Shown: positions 25,598 through 41,599 of the stretch, in pieces
Layout: every line of letters starts with the position of its first letter
Position numbering within the stretch: the stretch's first letter is position 1
From: Octopus vulgaris
Lineage: Eukaryota
Direction of reading: 5' to 3'
NCBI GenBank assembly: GCA_951406725.2
Contig: OX597817.1
Location: 65,286,001 to 65,350,000, forward strand
Length of the DNA: 64,000 bases
Translations under genes and position numbers: made by a program
The notes under the pieces: generated by a model
What the model was told of the DNA's origin: nothing
The model's database searches: none
What the model saw: the letters and a program-made list of their open reading frames with translations, nothing else

Positions 25598-27639
25598 CAT
25601 ACATACATACATATATATACATATATATTTGCTCTCACATGTTTTGACATCTTAATAACAGCTGTTAGATTCGCTGCTACTGATGGATAAAAAGATAGAG
25701 AACTAAATTAGTGGATAGATAGAAAAATATATACGATACAGATACAGTAGATGGAAGACAGCTGGTTAAAAGATATATGAAGATAGATTTATAGGTAGAA
25801 AGTGAGGTAAGCATATATGTATATTTGTAAATATATTATGTGTGTATGTATGTATATATGTCTATATAAAAAAGAGAGAGTGGTGAAAATTAGATATATA
25901 GATATCTTACTGCATAGATAGTTGACACTCGGCTGCATAAATAAATTGTTAAACGGATGATTAGTTAGATACACAAATATATATATACATACATACATGC
26001 TCACACTCACATACACACACGCACACGTACATAAACTGTATTTTGCCCTACAGACACACGCTCTCTCTCACGCACACACATACTTATTAAACACATACAT
26101 AAACTGGCGCATTGATAGAAAGGTAGTGTAAGCACAAGCGATAGAGAAGAGAAAGGTAATTGATACAAATGCAGCCGTGAGAAGAGTGCAGGGTTAGTGA
26201 GATATGAAAGAGGAAGTTTGGAGCGGCGGAGGAAGAAGATTTTATTTATTTTCCGTATCAGTATGTTTTTTTTTGTTTGTTTATATTTTGTTGCCAACCT
26301 GCTCTAGTTTTGTAGAACTGTTTATGGATATGGAAGAGAGGACCACGACAACATTTCGAACAGTAACACAGTGGTTCACTCTTTCAGTGAACCTCTGCGT
26401 TAACGGTTTCCAACGTTTATTTGAACAGATCGTACCAACTTCCTATGTTTAAGGAAAACAGCAATACACTTGTTTTATTCCACCAAAACAAATATAACTC
26501 CAATTGGAAACCTGTTGACACCATTGCCTATTGTGTACGAAATCCTAGGTCGTAGCAAAACAGGGGCTAGAAATGATTGCCCTACGTAGTCATTCAAACT
26601 ACTAGGAATAGCAGCCAAACCTCCATCAAATCATACTCTATCGCTTCGGTAATGAAAGGGGATTTTGGATAGTGTGGTCATGCTTATCAAAGTGGATTCA
26701 TGGTCGCAGATAGAACGGCTTGGATCATAGTTCTACTAGCACTGAACCAGTACTAGCTTGGGTCTAATAAGCACCATAGAAGTATATTTCTCTTCCTTAT
26801 GAACAATTAAAAAGCAAAAATGAAAAAAACAGCCGCTGAGTGCTTCTACAAGTTGGAGAGATTTTGTCTTTTTTCTTTTTTTTTTCTGTGGCAGGCAAAT
26901 CTTGACCAAGCAGACCTATAATCAAAGACGTCCCAACTGCGTATTGAACTACGTTTGTTAGATCAAGTTATGGCGTTATAAACAGCTAATCTTTTAAAAG
27001 TTATAGTGGAGATTAGATAACTTTAACTTGTGATCTTTCAGTTTTCACTGATTGTCTTGTCGAGCAGTTGATATCACGTAAATCATGTTGAACAGTTAAT
27101 GTCACGTGGATTGTGTCTGGTGAATTGTTGGTGTTATTGTTTAACACCGGCCCAGCTCTGATCAAGTAGACATGCCACGTCGTTTTCTATTTTGACGATT
27201 ACATCATCCAATGTGACTCATTTTCCAGGATAGTATGGAGTGACTCGAGGGAGATTTCACTGCTTGTAGAATGAGCAAATACACAGATACTCTAATAGTT
27301 GGACTGGCATGTTGTGTGAGATTGTCAGTCGAATCTTTATGCAAACTGCATCGTAGCATTCATTTGCTGAAGTAAATAAAGCAGTTTGTCTTTGCCCAAT
27401 TGGTATAAGATATGTAAATATTTCGATCAGTTCGTTGCATACTTGACCTTTAAAAAACCCGTTTTCACTACAATTTGGCACAGAGAAAATCCTCGCCTTA
27501 AGCAATGGGTGTCAAAACACCATTATTCATTTCACGGCACTCTCTTGTGGTACGATGAATGCTTTTCAAGCTATTTGGCTATCGTTATATTTTAGTAAAG
27601 AAGGCGGAGCGGTGTTGTGCTTGTGTTTTCCAGTGTCGG

Positions 27640-28700
27640 AATTGATCTCAAAGCTCTTTGGTGTGTCACTGAAGCTCTTTCTAAATCTACTTTGATTGCC
27701 TTCTGGTTGTTTGCTGTAAACAGTTTCTTGGGGAGTCACGGGTTAGGCATTCGAACAAGGTGCACCTGACTTGTGCACTTCCCAACAGTGTGTGAGTGCT
27801 TGGCAAATCAGTTTGTGAATAGGACCTCCGTGTTTTGAACCTCGTCTTGCCTGGATATTTTCAACAGCTTTCTCAGACAGTTCATGTGGAAGCGGTTTAA
27901 CATTTTGGCGTGGCGTTCGAGCCATGCCTGCCGCGGTATACAGGACAGGGTGAGGTGAAGCAGGCTATGTTTAGGGCACCTTTTTTAGCCCCTTCCTCAG
28001 GCCATAGAAGAGAGCAAAGTGATCTCAAAGAAGACTGCTCGGACACCTAGGGTTCTATCGAGTTCCATTGCTGCTTCAGTGGGGTACGACATTATGCTCT
28101 GGGTCACCGGTGTGTAGATTTGTGACTACAGCTTCCAGTTCATCCATACCTGCTGCTTTGTCATTCGTCCATCGCCACAGGACTTGAAGTTGGGTCTGAG
28201 ATAGTGTGATGTCTTGACCTGGGTGTGGCATGGATTGAAGTGCGGGAGGGTGGCACAACGTCATCTGCATCACTCACTCACCCCTTCCTCTCTGATTCCA
28301 GTGGCAGGATGGAATCAGGACGACTAGAGATAAGTCGGGGTGCAGTGGATGGCTGAAGTGTCCTTCGTGTCTCACTGTGTCCTCTTCGCGCTCCACAGTG
28401 CACGCTGGTCCGCCACCTGCAATCTGGTGGTTTCCTTCGCAGAGTCTGCTAGTCTTCCGATTTATAGGCAAGCAAGTCCTAGCTCAGCGAAGGTTTGAAA
28501 TCCGTCGACTACCCATACCATAGTTTACCCGGACTGTGGAAGCCGTTGCTCGGGTTGTGGCTGCTATTGCATGCAGACAGCTTGGAGGAGCTACAGGTGA
28601 GATCTGGGTGTCAGGTGAGGACCAGAGCGGACAAGCTATTCCAAAGAACACCACATGTTCCCTCGTCAGAGATACTGACTCACATACCCCATGCACCCTA
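27640..28700 (-). mobile_element. GC-richer decayed retroelement-like sequence (possible ORF1/gag with Zn-knuckle remnants)
   Basis: Abrupt GC increase; broken minus-strand frames with Cys/His patterns (RLCEGNH, HCWEVHKSGAPC). Family not recognised. Confidence 0.3.
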
Positions 28701-29285
28701 TATGAGAATGTATATCTATATGTATTGTATGTATGTTTTTGTGAATGTGTGTACCCTTTTTCTTACCCTTTTTATTGTACAATGTGGTGCGTATGTAATC
28801 ACGCAGAGAAGCAGAAAATTTGATGTGTTCATTTATATGTGTGCGTGCGTGTGTGTATGTGTGAATATCAATACATACATATATACGCACGTATGAATGT
28901 AAGTATGTATGCATGTATGTACGTATGTATGTATGTATGTATGTATGTATGTATGTATGTATGTATGTATGTATGTATGTATGTATGTATGTATGTATGT
29001 ATGTATGTATGTATGTATGTATGTAGGGATATATATGAGCACACATTATCCGCGTGATTGCATGCACATTGAGCTACATTGAAAGCACACGGCTACGTAT
29101 ACTCATACATATACTATACACATGAACACATATAGTAAGGATTATAAATGCATTAGTGTACTCACAGAAAACAAACCCTCACGCATGCGCGCTTATCCTA
29201 TTTTATATATTCGCATAAATACATACGCGCACACGCATACAGAATTGCACTTCATAGAAGGACAGAAAAACATACATGACAACAC

Positions 29286-29382
<97 letters not shown>

Positions 29383-29445
29383 TATATACATACATTCATC
29401 CATACCCATGTATTTGTTAGTATATGTTTGTACTTATGCGTACAT

Positions 29446-29483
<38 letters not shown>

Positions 29484-30103
29484 GCACACACACGCACACA
29501 CATTACTATACGCATAACAGTATATGAAATCAGAAAAGTATCAATTCTTGCATACACACATACACACTCGCACGCGTATATCTATCTCTGCATGGTTTCA
29601 TACATTAGACAAGACAACGGTCTTTGATGTGATGGACGGTAAAGTTAGCTTGGCCTTACGCGTCTGACGTCACACATGGTTGTTGTTTTAGACTGAACGG
29701 TAATAACATATACACACCCAAGCACACATCTATACCCAATTATATACACATGTATAAACACATCTATACATACATGCACACGTCTATTCGCAAACATAAA
29801 TGTATGTGCATATACACGTTATACGCAAATTCTCACATCTGAACGCAAACATGTTTATTCACAGACACACATGTTTGCTTGCATTTACGCTCACTCATAC
29901 TTAATTATACATATACATACACATATAACTATAAACGCACTTCACGTTTAAACATTTATACACATATACATATCTATACGCAAACGCATACACACGTACA
30001 CGTGTGCGAAAACACAAGCACAAGTAAAACGGCATGCTTAGAGATTGTCATATTGAGAAACTCTTGGCATCTGAAATCCGTTCGTGTACGAAAGAAGGAA
30101 ACT

Positions 30104-30134
<31 letters not shown>

Positions 30135-30775
30135 TAAAAGAATGAAAATAGGGAAGTAAGAACAAAATAGGAAGGAAAGAATGAAAGTAAAAAGAAAAAC
30201 AAAAGAGAAATGTAAGAATAATAGAACAGAAAAAAATGAATGCTAGAATGGAAGATAGAAAAGAGGATTGTAATATGGAAAAGGAATGAAGATTGAAGGC
30301 AAGAGAAAGAAAATAAGGAAGACTGAAAGGATAGAAGGAAAAGGTACAAAGAATGACAGAATGTAGAAGGAAAGAAAGCTGAAAGTCATTCGTTATTGGC
30401 ATTAATCTTATTGTAGATATTGGCGTTGGTGTTGCAACATTGAAAAATGGAAAAGTAACTGAGTGTCGAATAGTTAAAACATTTGTGTTGGGAATGCAAA
30501 CGTGAAGGTTGTAAAGATAACTTGATATGAAACAGTCAAGGCATCTGTGTGGCTGTTCATGTTAAACCAGTGAAGGTTGTAAAGCTAAGTTGATGTGGAG
30601 GAGTGAATACTTCTGTGTGGTTTGTTGGTTTTATTCATCTTGTAACAGTGAAGGAGGTAATTGTAACTCGGTGTCGAAACAGTAATCTTAAGCATTGAGT
30701 TCTGTAATTTATCGCTTCTTGTTGAATCAGTAGAAATTACACACACGTATACACACATGCACACACACTGCATAA

Positions 30776-30806
<31 letters not shown>

Positions 30807-30874
30807 TGTATGTATGTATGTATGTATATATGTATGTATGTATGTATGTATGTACGTATGTGTGCATTTATGTA

Positions 30875-31240
30875 CAGGGCGTTCAGGCTAAATTTGACAG
30901 TTTATATAAAAGGAAAATAGACCACAACAACCCATCCTTAAACAAAGGTATTTAAAAAAATCGAAAGACAACCAGATTACATCTAGGAGATAACAGTTTA
31001 CTCAAAAGAGCCGCTTTCAGCTTCCACCATGGCATCAAGACGGCTCCGGAACATGAAGCGTACATTACTCACAGTGTCTCTGGGAGGATCTCTGAACACC
31101 TTCACACCAGCGCAGCTTTGTTGTGAAAATTGGAAGAGATTAGGCGGCCAGAAATCGGCGAGTGAAGTGTAGAAATTCTCCGATAATAACTTCTGACTCG
31201 TTTTAGAGGTTGGTAAGGTGCTGAATCCTGCTATGATATG
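30875..31240 (-). mobile_element. Tc1/mariner-superfamily (DD37D/maT-like) 3' end with C-terminal transposase remnant
   Basis: ORF 30998-31249 (-): SKTSQKLLSENF...DFWPPN...FRSRLDAMVEAESGSFE*; TA plus TIR-like cagggcgttcagg at 30875. Confidence 0.75.
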
Positions 31241-32894
31241 ATACGACATTGAAAGGCATTTTGTATCGATGTTAAGCCTCTGCCATTTTGTTTTCGTTTT
31301 AGGTAGAAGCGGTCTACATCACTGTTTATGTGGAAATTATGTGTGCTTGTTAGCATTTTCAGGTTTTCATATCAATAGCTCGGACCTCATCAAGCATCCA
31401 ATCAAGCAGCCCAAATGATATATATAGATATATATGCATACATACATACGTACACACACATATGCGCATATAGTTTCGAGGATCATTCATTCTACCAAGA
31501 AAGCTACACAAGAGGGCTTTGACAATGCCTTTCTCTCTATCACATTAGTTGCGAGAAACTCATTGGTGTGGTAACAGAAGTCTAGTGCATGTTTTTATTG
31601 GCAGATTGACCCAAACAAAATACAGAAATATGTTTCAACATAAGGTTTCATATAAAGAACATTCTGAAATTCTCTCTCTCTCTCCCTCACACACACATAC
31701 ACACACACACACACAGGTACATATACAAATACACATTGAAAGACACATTGCTAGATTTAGCAAGCTGTGTTTTTCTAGATAAACAGTTAGCTAAAGGAGT
31801 AACGCACAGAAACAGAACAGTATTTCACGAATCTAAAAAAGTTTCAAAAATAAAATCAGACATAATGAAAGAAATATTGCAATAAATCAGCCAAATGTCA
31901 CACATACACACATATGCTCGTGCACATCCGCTCTCTATACACAACGTTCTGATGTACTTTGTATGCACGACAAATAACGAATTACAACGAATTCAGTATA
32001 TTTTACTACATCGACGTTCTAAATTCACATGTAAGAATACCTGTCTGCATTGACTGCGAATTTATGCTGAAGACAAAACAGAGCAAAATATATTTGGCAG
32101 AATAACAGAAAGCAGCATTAGTGATATCTCAATATGCTCATTCCTACAAGTGTTTCAAAAAATTCATACGTCACATTTCTTTTATTATCCGATACGTAAG
32201 AGTCATAACTTCGGGGAACAGTTTCCATGTAAGAAACATGAAGAATACTTTACGCATTTGCTTTCATTTAGAAAGAAAAAATACAGAAAAAAATTATGAG
32301 AAATAAATAAAGAATGAGAACGTAAGAAGGTTTGTTGTCATTGTAGGATAAACTGACCTACGTTAATCGCTCAGATGGTTGTAAAACTGTCAGATCAAAT
32401 AGAAAGGGAGGTACTAAAGTGTAAAAATGTATAATTCATCAAGCTAGTAATCAGATAGTGTCATCTCTTCAAAGAATCATGATATAAACATATTCTGACA
32501 AAATTTCACACTTATACACACACACACACATATATATATATATACACATACATACACGCACACACACACACCTAGAGATGTGTGCATGTCCAAGGTGTAT
32601 GTACATATACATCTACCTTATATTAACTTATTAACAACTCTTATACAAATATGTGTATAAATACGAGTGAATATAATTGAGAATGTGGAAAATTGGTATT
32701 AAGGCAGAAACAATGATAAAAAAACGGGTAGTTAATACAAATTAAAAATTAAAGATCCAATAAGCTAAAAACGAATTCAAATCTCAATGAAATATATGTT
32801 GGGAACGGAAATCACAATATAATGAAGACATTATATCCAATGTCATAACAGTGTCAGATTTATGTGCACGCCCGCGAGTATGTCTGCATGAATG

Positions 32895-32954
<60 letters not shown>

Positions 32955-33082
32955 CATACATATATACGTATATATCTCATATACATGTATATATATGTTT
33001 ATATATATATATATATATACGCATATATATATATATAATATATATATATGTATGTATACATATATATATGTATATATATGCG

Positions 33083-33138
<56 letters not shown>

Positions 33139-33574
33139 TATACATATACATATATATATATGCATATATATATATACATACACACACACAGACTCACACA
33201 CATATATATATGCATACATATATATATATACATACATGTATATATGTATGAATGTATATATATATTGTATGTATGCGCATCTGTACGCTTATAGGTACCC
33301 AAAATCGCACGCATACTTATTAGCATGCACACCACCCCATCGTTTCAATAATTTTCCACAGCTGTAGAACTTCCTTGCTGATATTACTTCAAAAGAATTG
33401 GGGGAAAAAAATTAGAATATAACGAACATCATCATGATCGTGATCATTCCTTATTTGTCGTGCATGCATGATCACCATGACGGCAACGACAATAAGTTTC
33501 ATTAACCACCACCACTATTACTACGACGGCGACGACGACTCCCACGACCACCGCTACCGCCACACCTCATCATC

Positions 33575-33672
33575 GTCATTATCAATATCATCATCATCAT
33601 CATCTACTACTACTACTTCTGCTGCTGCTGCTACTACTACTACTACCACCACCACCACTACTACTACTACTT

Positions 33673-33731
<59 letters not shown>

Positions 33732-33875
33732 TCTGCTACTACTACTACTACTACTGCTACTGCTACTGCTACTACTACTGCTGCTGCTGCTGCCGATGTT
33801 GTTGTTGCTGGCGCCGCCGCCTCTACTGCTCCACCTCCTCCTCCTCCCCACATCCTACCCCACAACCTCCTCCCC

Positions 33876-33935
<60 letters not shown>
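33575..33935. repeat. Compound (CAT/CTA/CTG)n trinucleotide array
   Basis: Mixed trinucleotide runs giving spurious poly-S/T/A/L ORFs. Confidence 0.95.
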
Positions 33936-34779
33936 AATCTCTGATACTTTGAGAAATGGCGACAATGAACTTGCAAGTCAATTTTTTTCCCAGTTATATT
34001 TCTAGTACTACTATTGTTGTTGGTGTTGTTAGAGTTGTCATCGTCGCTGTCGTCTTCGTCCGTTGTTGTTGTCGTCGTCCCCTGTTCTAAACAACTCGAA
34101 TTTTCTAGTAATTTCTTTCAAGTTTTATTTTGCTAATTCTATTTTTCTTCTCCAAAAAACGAAACGAAACAACCCTACTAAAACAGCATCAGCAACAATA
34201 AAAAAACAACAACAATAACTGCAACAACAACGATAACAACAACAGCCACGGACTCAGTAGTAACAAGCACTTCTCGCTGACATGTACATCTGCCTTTGGT
34301 TGAGCTAAATAATTTAGTGTGGGAGGAGGTGAAATAAGAAGAGTAGAGAGCAGAGAAAGGGGGAGGTAACCATAAGTGACAGTTGATTGAAATTACATCA
34401 TAATGTAACGTTTTCCTTTCTTTTTTTCATTTGCATCTAGGCACCTTGCCCCTCCCTTCGCACGTGTACTTCTATTGTATTACACCATACATTTCATATC
34501 CACCCCCTCGTGAACATGTGTATTGTTTGGGTAGTAGAAGTTGTTGTTTTGTTGTTGATTTCCATTTATTAAAGTAAGCAAAACAATTGATGTAAAGGAA
34601 AACGCATGCCTGAAGGGTAAGGAATCCAGCGAACAAAATACCTTGTGGTACTTGATTTTGGATTCAAAATACGTCCAGGCTGGTAAGGCTTTTTAACTTG
34701 CCGAACACGCACGCGCTCACACACGCACTCACACACGCACGCACGCTCGCACGCACGCACGCTCGCACGCACGCACGCT

Positions 34780-34811
<32 letters not shown>

Positions 34812-34852
34812 CACATATACACACACAATATTTCACTAACAAATAAATGCAT

Positions 34853-35255
34853 AGGCGCAGCAGTGTGGTAAGTAGCTTGCTAACCAACCTCATGGTTCCG
34901 GGTTCAGTCCCACTGCGTGGCACCTTGGGCAAGTGTCTTCTGCTATAGCCCCGGGCCGACCAATGCCTTATGAGTGGATTTGGTAGACGGAAACTGAAAG
35001 AAGCCTGTCGTATATATGTATATATATGTATGTGTGTTTGTGTGTCTGTGTTTGTCCCCCTAGCATTGCTTGACAACCGATGTTGGTGTGTTTACGTCCC
35101 CGTCACTTAGCGGTTCGGCAAAAAGAGACCGATAGAATAAGTACTGGGCTTACAAAGAATAAGTCCCGGGGTCGATTTGCTCGACTAAAGGCGGTGCTCC
35201 AGCATGGCCGCAGTCAAATGACTGAAACAAGTAAAAGAGTAAAGAGTAAAGAGTA
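34853..35255 (+). mobile_element. Full-length tRNA-derived SINE, family B (CORE-like domain)
   Basis: A/B-box-like head (gtgtggtaag...ggttcagtccc), caccttgggcaagtg CORE-like block, internal microsatellite, (AAAGAGT)n tail. Confidence 0.9.
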
Positions 35256-35596
35256 TAGAAATAAAATTTACCTATCGGTGAAAGCAATACTAAGTTTATT
35301 ATCCACCCGAGGATTTGTTTTCGCCGGCATGTCACTTGTAAGTCGTTGACCAATAGTCATATTTAACTAAGTTTGTTTAAGCTTAGATTGTTGAAACAAC
35401 TGATAAAAGGTTGTATCAAGACGATATTTTAATTATAGCAAAATATCAGAAAAATCATCGAAATATGATAACAGTGTGTGGATGAAATGATATCACGATC
35501 TCTATGAATATTTTACAGTATATGGGTGTTACGCGTCTTCGCCTTATCAATCATTTGAACATTGGGAAACATTAAAACTACAAAAGTTTCAGCAAG

Positions 35597-35630
<34 letters not shown>

Positions 35631-35632
35631 GC

Positions 35633-35718
<86 letters not shown>

Positions 35719-35782
35719 CACACACACACACACGCACACACGCACAGAGGAAGATGATCGTATATATACATATATATATATA

Positions 35783-36005
35783 TGCTGGCAGAAACGTTAG
35801 CACGCCGGGCGAAATGCGTAGCCGTATCTCGTCTGTCGTTACGTTGTGAGTTCAAATTCCGCCGAGGTCGACTTTGCCTTTCATCCTTTCGGGGTCGATA
35901 AATAAAGTACCAGTTACGCACTGGGATCGATGTAAAACGACTTAATCCCTTTGTCTGTCCTTGTTTGTCCCCTCTATATTTAGCCCCTTGTGGGCAATAA
36001 AGAAA
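35783..36005 (+). mobile_element. SINE family A
   Basis: gctggcagaaacgttagcacgccgggcg...gccgaggtcgactttgcctttcatcctttcggggtcgataaataaagtaccag. Confidence 0.92.
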
Positions 36006-36129
36006 TATATATATGTGTTGTGGGGGTGTTTGTATGTGGGTGGTGTCTCTAATTACATATGTTGAGAATGGTAAAATGATATCTTGGTGCCGTTCGATAA
36101 ACAGAGGTAAAAGTCAGGGCAAGTTTACA

Positions 36130-36320
36130 TACCAGCATCTCCTCTCCTACCCACAAATGTTATGCAAGGGAAAGGCAAAGGCTGATAAATTTTGGTGAAC
36201 TGGAGCCACGTGAATTAAAATATCTTGCTCAAGAACACAACACCCAGCTTCCAGGAATCGAACTCACTATCTCATGATTGTGAGCCCGATGCTCTAACCA
36301 TGCATTGAACCACGCGCCTA
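36130..36320 (-). mobile_element. SINE family C, decayed
   Basis: cttgctcaagaacacaa...ggaatcgaactcac...gctctaacca...ccacgcgcct is the reverse complement of the family C head. Confidence 0.75.
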
Positions 36321-36323
36321 CAC

Positions 36324-36448
<125 letters not shown>

Positions 36449-36785
36449 CGAACGCAAAACGGACTTCCACGCACTTTCTATCTACGGAACTCGCTCACAA
36501 GGCATTGGTCGGCTCGGGACGACAGTACAAGACACGTGGGAGACTGAATCCAAAACCACGTCGCTGCCAAATGTGTTCCATACCTAATTCTGTGTTTGAA
36601 TGTATTAAAGTTCTTATAAATGTCTGAGTTGTGCGTCTGCCAGATGAATATGAGTTTACGAATGTATCTGTGCGCACGTGTAGATAAAAGCATATGCATA
36701 TTCATATATGTTTATATATCTGCTTGTGTGCATATGTGTCGGCGTACATGTATGATGGTATTTAGTTTATGTATTATATGCGTGT

Positions 36786-36843
<58 letters not shown>

Positions 36844-37029
36844 ATTTCTATATGTGTACATATATGAGTATATATATGTGGTATTTATTTGTACGCCTGT
36901 GTGTGTCTGTCAGTTCGCGTAGGCACGTGAGTCTGTCAATGACTGTATTTAAACGTAAATATGTCACAGGTTCATATATGTGTATGGGTGTATGTGTGTC
37001 TGTATGTATATATATGTGTATGATATTTT

Positions 37030-37065
<36 letters not shown>

Positions 37066-40000
37066 ACACATACACAAATACTCACGTACGCATACATATG
37101 CACGTTTGTATGTTGGTGCGTGGTATGTGTATTGGTATATGCATATGTGTTGGTATGTGTGTGTGTAAGCTTTGTTCTGTTAATTACTTCAGACTTAAAC
37201 CGGAAGTAAGGAAGCAGATATCTTTTTTTGTTTTAGATTTTCTTCTTCCTTTCATCATCTCAATTTTTTTTTTGTTTTTTTTTGCTTTTTATCACATTCA
37301 CCGATAATACGTTGGCAACATCATCATCACTTGCACTTCTACCTCCGCCACTACCCTTAGAACCATCCCCCACCCATAAAATATCGCAACCCCACCTCCA
37401 ATCCCGCCGCCACCGTTGCCACCACGACCACTACCATCACATCCATTACCACAACCACTACCGACATCATCACTATCAACCTAACTCAACCAACATCATC
37501 ACACATTAACACAATCACTACGTCTGTTCTACATTATGAATATCCTCTACAACTGCTATGGCAACCACTACCATCATGATCACTACCACCACCACCACCA
37601 CCACCACCACCATCACCACCGGCCCTACTAACATGATAACTATCAACAAAAGCAACACAATCGACATGCAAGACACACCTGCGAAATCTCCCTCAAATTT
37701 TACCCTACTCATCCGAGAAAAACATAACATATTCCTGGTTTCGCTGCATAGAAAAATCTGGGATAGTCCTAGCTGGAATGTCTTGGATTATAGGCTTGCT
37801 CAGCCAGAGCGTACATGAAGCTATACAATAATAACAACAGCATCATTATCACTATGACCACCACCAAACAGTAAAAAGCGTCTGAAAATTTTGTTGGTTT
37901 GCCTAAAGTAGCTTGTTGATTGATGTGTAAATTAATTTCTAGTTACACCAAAAGCAGAGCACAGCTCCTGCCTCTTCATTTTATTTGTTTGTTTATTTTT
38001 TGCATAATGAGAAACAAGGGGCAAGTATTGTAGATTAGGAGATAAAACTCCAGGCAAGCTGAATCCAGGACTCGGATTTCAAGTCTTTTTGGAAGTCATT
38101 AGACAAGTTGTATTCTGCAGTAATTTGTATTTTACTGATGACCTCTATGCAAGTACTAAAACTCCCGTTATGCTAATACTACACAGGTATGACGCAGTTT
38201 CACATCTCGGGTAAACAATTTCACTTCCTCCCACCAACAACTGTCCATTATCCGTTTCTCTTTAACTTATGAGATCCTGACTCACAAAACTAGTCTTTGA
38301 ATGGCTTATGGAACAAACTCGCCTCCAATTGCAGCGTTCAGTCCCGGGCGAAAAAGCGGATGTGTTCTGTTTTTGGTGTAACTGGAAATTAATTTACACA
38401 TCAATAAACAAGCTACTTCTCGATAACACAAAAAGACGAGTTAGTTACGCCTGTATATTTTTGATGATAGATCTGCTCTGTCACAGAAAACCTGGGTATA
38501 AACAGCGGTAACTGTATATAGGATCATATTTGTTTAAGGTAACCATATTTGCCCAAAAAGAAATCAATTTAATAACATGCAGTAAAAGTCGCTTCATACC
38601 GGGTTAGTAATAGTAAAGAGTGGAGGGTTCGCATCTCATCAGCGGCACTGTGTTTGTTAACAGCCAAGTCACTTAAACCCCTTAGGCCCAATGTAATCCG
38701 CTCTTCTTTAATATTCTCTTCCGTTGTGAGGGTATCGATTCTCCAGGTCAGCAGTGATCGAACAGGCATTTAATCAAAGTCGCAACAATCATGATCATCT
38801 TGCCTTTTATTCGAACAAAGGATCCAAGAGTACATTAACTAATGTATGATACATTTGTTAAAAGACAGTACAGTGTGATTTAAGGGAGACTAGGTTTTAT
38901 TTCTAGCAAGTTGAGTGATCACACAGAGTGTTCTGGTTAGCCTTATAGGGTTCTTCGTTGGCAGTCCATTTTAATAAAGGTTAATGTAAACAGTCACGTA
39001 TACTCAGTACTAGCCAATCCACTTCCACTATTGGTTTCTATCCATAACAAGGTGAAAAGCCTCATTGCATATCCATTCTGGGGGCCTGTTTGCCCATTTT
39101 TCACAGCTAATTATAATCAAATATGATAACAAGGAAACTCAAGGCAACCATTCCACCTCAATTACAGTATCGTTGTTGTTTAACACCTAGGTTAACTATG
39201 GTTTTTCAGTGTGTCACGACCGGGGCGTCTTTATAGAAGTATCAAGGTGGCGAATAGAATAGGTAGAGTCGTCAGTGTGAAGTATTAAAAATGCTTTGCG
39301 CTATTTGTTCTGGTTCTCTGCACTGAGTTCAAATCCCACCAAAGCTAACGTTGAGTTTTATCCACTCCGTCTCATTAGGTAAGGTAAACCGAGCACTGAA
39401 TTCGAGCCCTTCTCCTCCTCCCTCTTTCAAATACAATGAATCAGCTATAAAAGAGGGCCAAACAATAAGCATACGCATCACGACATCATCAATTTCATCA
39501 TCACCACAAGCTGGGCACAGCGAGAAGAGAAGGTAGACATGTCTAGAGCGGCATTTGGCATTGTGTGTTTCTGTCTTTTAAAAATAGTTGATTGTAATTT
39601 GAGTAACTCTCGACCGCTATTTCTCGCAGGTCGAGCGATCACATCCATGTAAATGCTGGTCCGTTGTTTCGTCTATTTAGATGTGGTGTGGGTAACTAAT
39701 GGGCTTCGTTAAAACGCCCGTTCAACGATCGTGCACGCACACAGATACACACACACACACACACAAACATGTATAAACATACACACCAACGCATACAGAC
39801 ATACATGTACACAAACGTACTCTCACGTAGATTGAAGTAATACACACGCACTCGTGCATACGTACACTCAAACGTGAACACACACAAGTACATACGCATA
39901 AAACACCCACAACAGCATAGTCCTTAATTAGAAGTGATTCACTAGTTGTTCTGTTTTTAATTAAATTAATATATTCCCATCTCACTCCTCCTTTAACACT

Positions 40001-40441
40001 CCCTCCCTCGCCTTGCTACTCTCGCATCTAATTTAATTACATTGTTTTTCTTCACTTCTATTTTGATTACCACATCACATTCTTCGCTTGCGAAGGAATA
40101 TATGCATGTGTATACACACAATTATGCATACAAACTTACATATATATACATTCATCCAAACATACATGCATACATATATACGCAAACATATGCATGCATA
40201 CATACACATATGCATACGTAAACACACACACACACACACACACACAAATACACACACGCACTCATATATCTGAATGCATGTATACAAGCACACACAACCT
40301 CATATGAGAATTTTTAAAGGGGTGGGGTAAATTTGAAAATAGAGAGGTTTAACGTTAAAGAGAAAGTGAGACAGAGAGAGAGAGACAGAGAGAGAGAGAG
40401 AAGGGTAAGAGTTATAGAGAAAGACAGAAATAGGGATAGAT

Positions 40442-40480
<39 letters not shown>

Positions 40481-40597
40481 AAGAGAGAGAGAAAGAAAAA
40501 GCCTACTTCGCTTTGTTCTTTTCTGCTTTTTTATGTTATGGTTTACGCAAAAACAAACGGTTGTACCTCTCTACTAGTATATTAACAAAATTCTTGC

Positions 40598-40753
<156 letters not shown>

Positions 40754-41094
40754 ATGACTATTTATCATTTTCTCGACTTTTATATATTTATACGCTTAGA
40801 AAGAGAATAATAGAGAAAAAAAAAAGCGAACTGTCTGTTTGCAAATTAGAAGCATAAAAACATACACACTAGCCTTCCCTTGCAAGTAAAAGATTAGCAT
40901 TTCCTGCTGCACTTAAACAAACACATGTATGCAGGAATGTAAGACTTTCGTATTTCGTATTTTGCCAAGATGACATGGTAAATCTGCTACCACAATACTA
41001 TATGTAATTAACTTGACTGTAATCTTCTATATCGTTTCCCCGCCTTCTACATCTTTCTCTCACCCTTTGTATTTACTCGTATTAACCAATTGTT

Positions 41095-41282
41095 AGTTGT
41101 TAAGCACTAGGTCAACCTCCCATTGGACAGACTTCCGAGTATCTAGAGCTATATTAACCAATGTGTTCTTTATTTTCTCATATTCCTAACTTGGTAGGAG
41201 GTAATTTGAGCAAGATTTGACTGTAATTTCTAGCTTGTCAAGTATCAGGTAACCACGTAAAGGCTCCCTCGCTGACTCGTCC
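41095..41282 (+). repeat. Old dispersed repeat, family E (representative copy)
   Basis: Pattern ttgtt..taa...caggtca.c.ctga..agac...atctag.gctacatta.ccaatgtg...gtg.tttgag..agattt..ctg..atttctagc recurs at ~8050, 9160, 14230, 15090, 27130, 38690, 48010, 48690, 57690 (+) and ~11540, 26580, 37670, 53350 (-). Confidence 0.6.
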
Positions 41283-41399
41283 AATGTTAGTGGTTTGATG
41301 GGACATTTGATATCTTCATATTTCATTTACTCACACGCGCTAACACAGGTACACACACTTTCTTTCTCTCTCTTTCACACACACACACATACACACACA

Positions 41400-41467
<68 letters not shown>

Positions 41468-41599
41468 AAGTATTTGATTCTTACTTTACGAGATCTGACA
41501 GCAGTTAAACTTTGAAACCCCTCGAGTTATCAAAGAACTAATAACTGTGATTTCATATGAGACTGAATTTGAAAGGTCTTTTCAAATAACTTTCGTACA

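Noticed and set aside
33468-33976. Mucin-like poly-Thr/Ala/Ser ORF
   Set aside because: Compound trinucleotide array with no supporting exon context.
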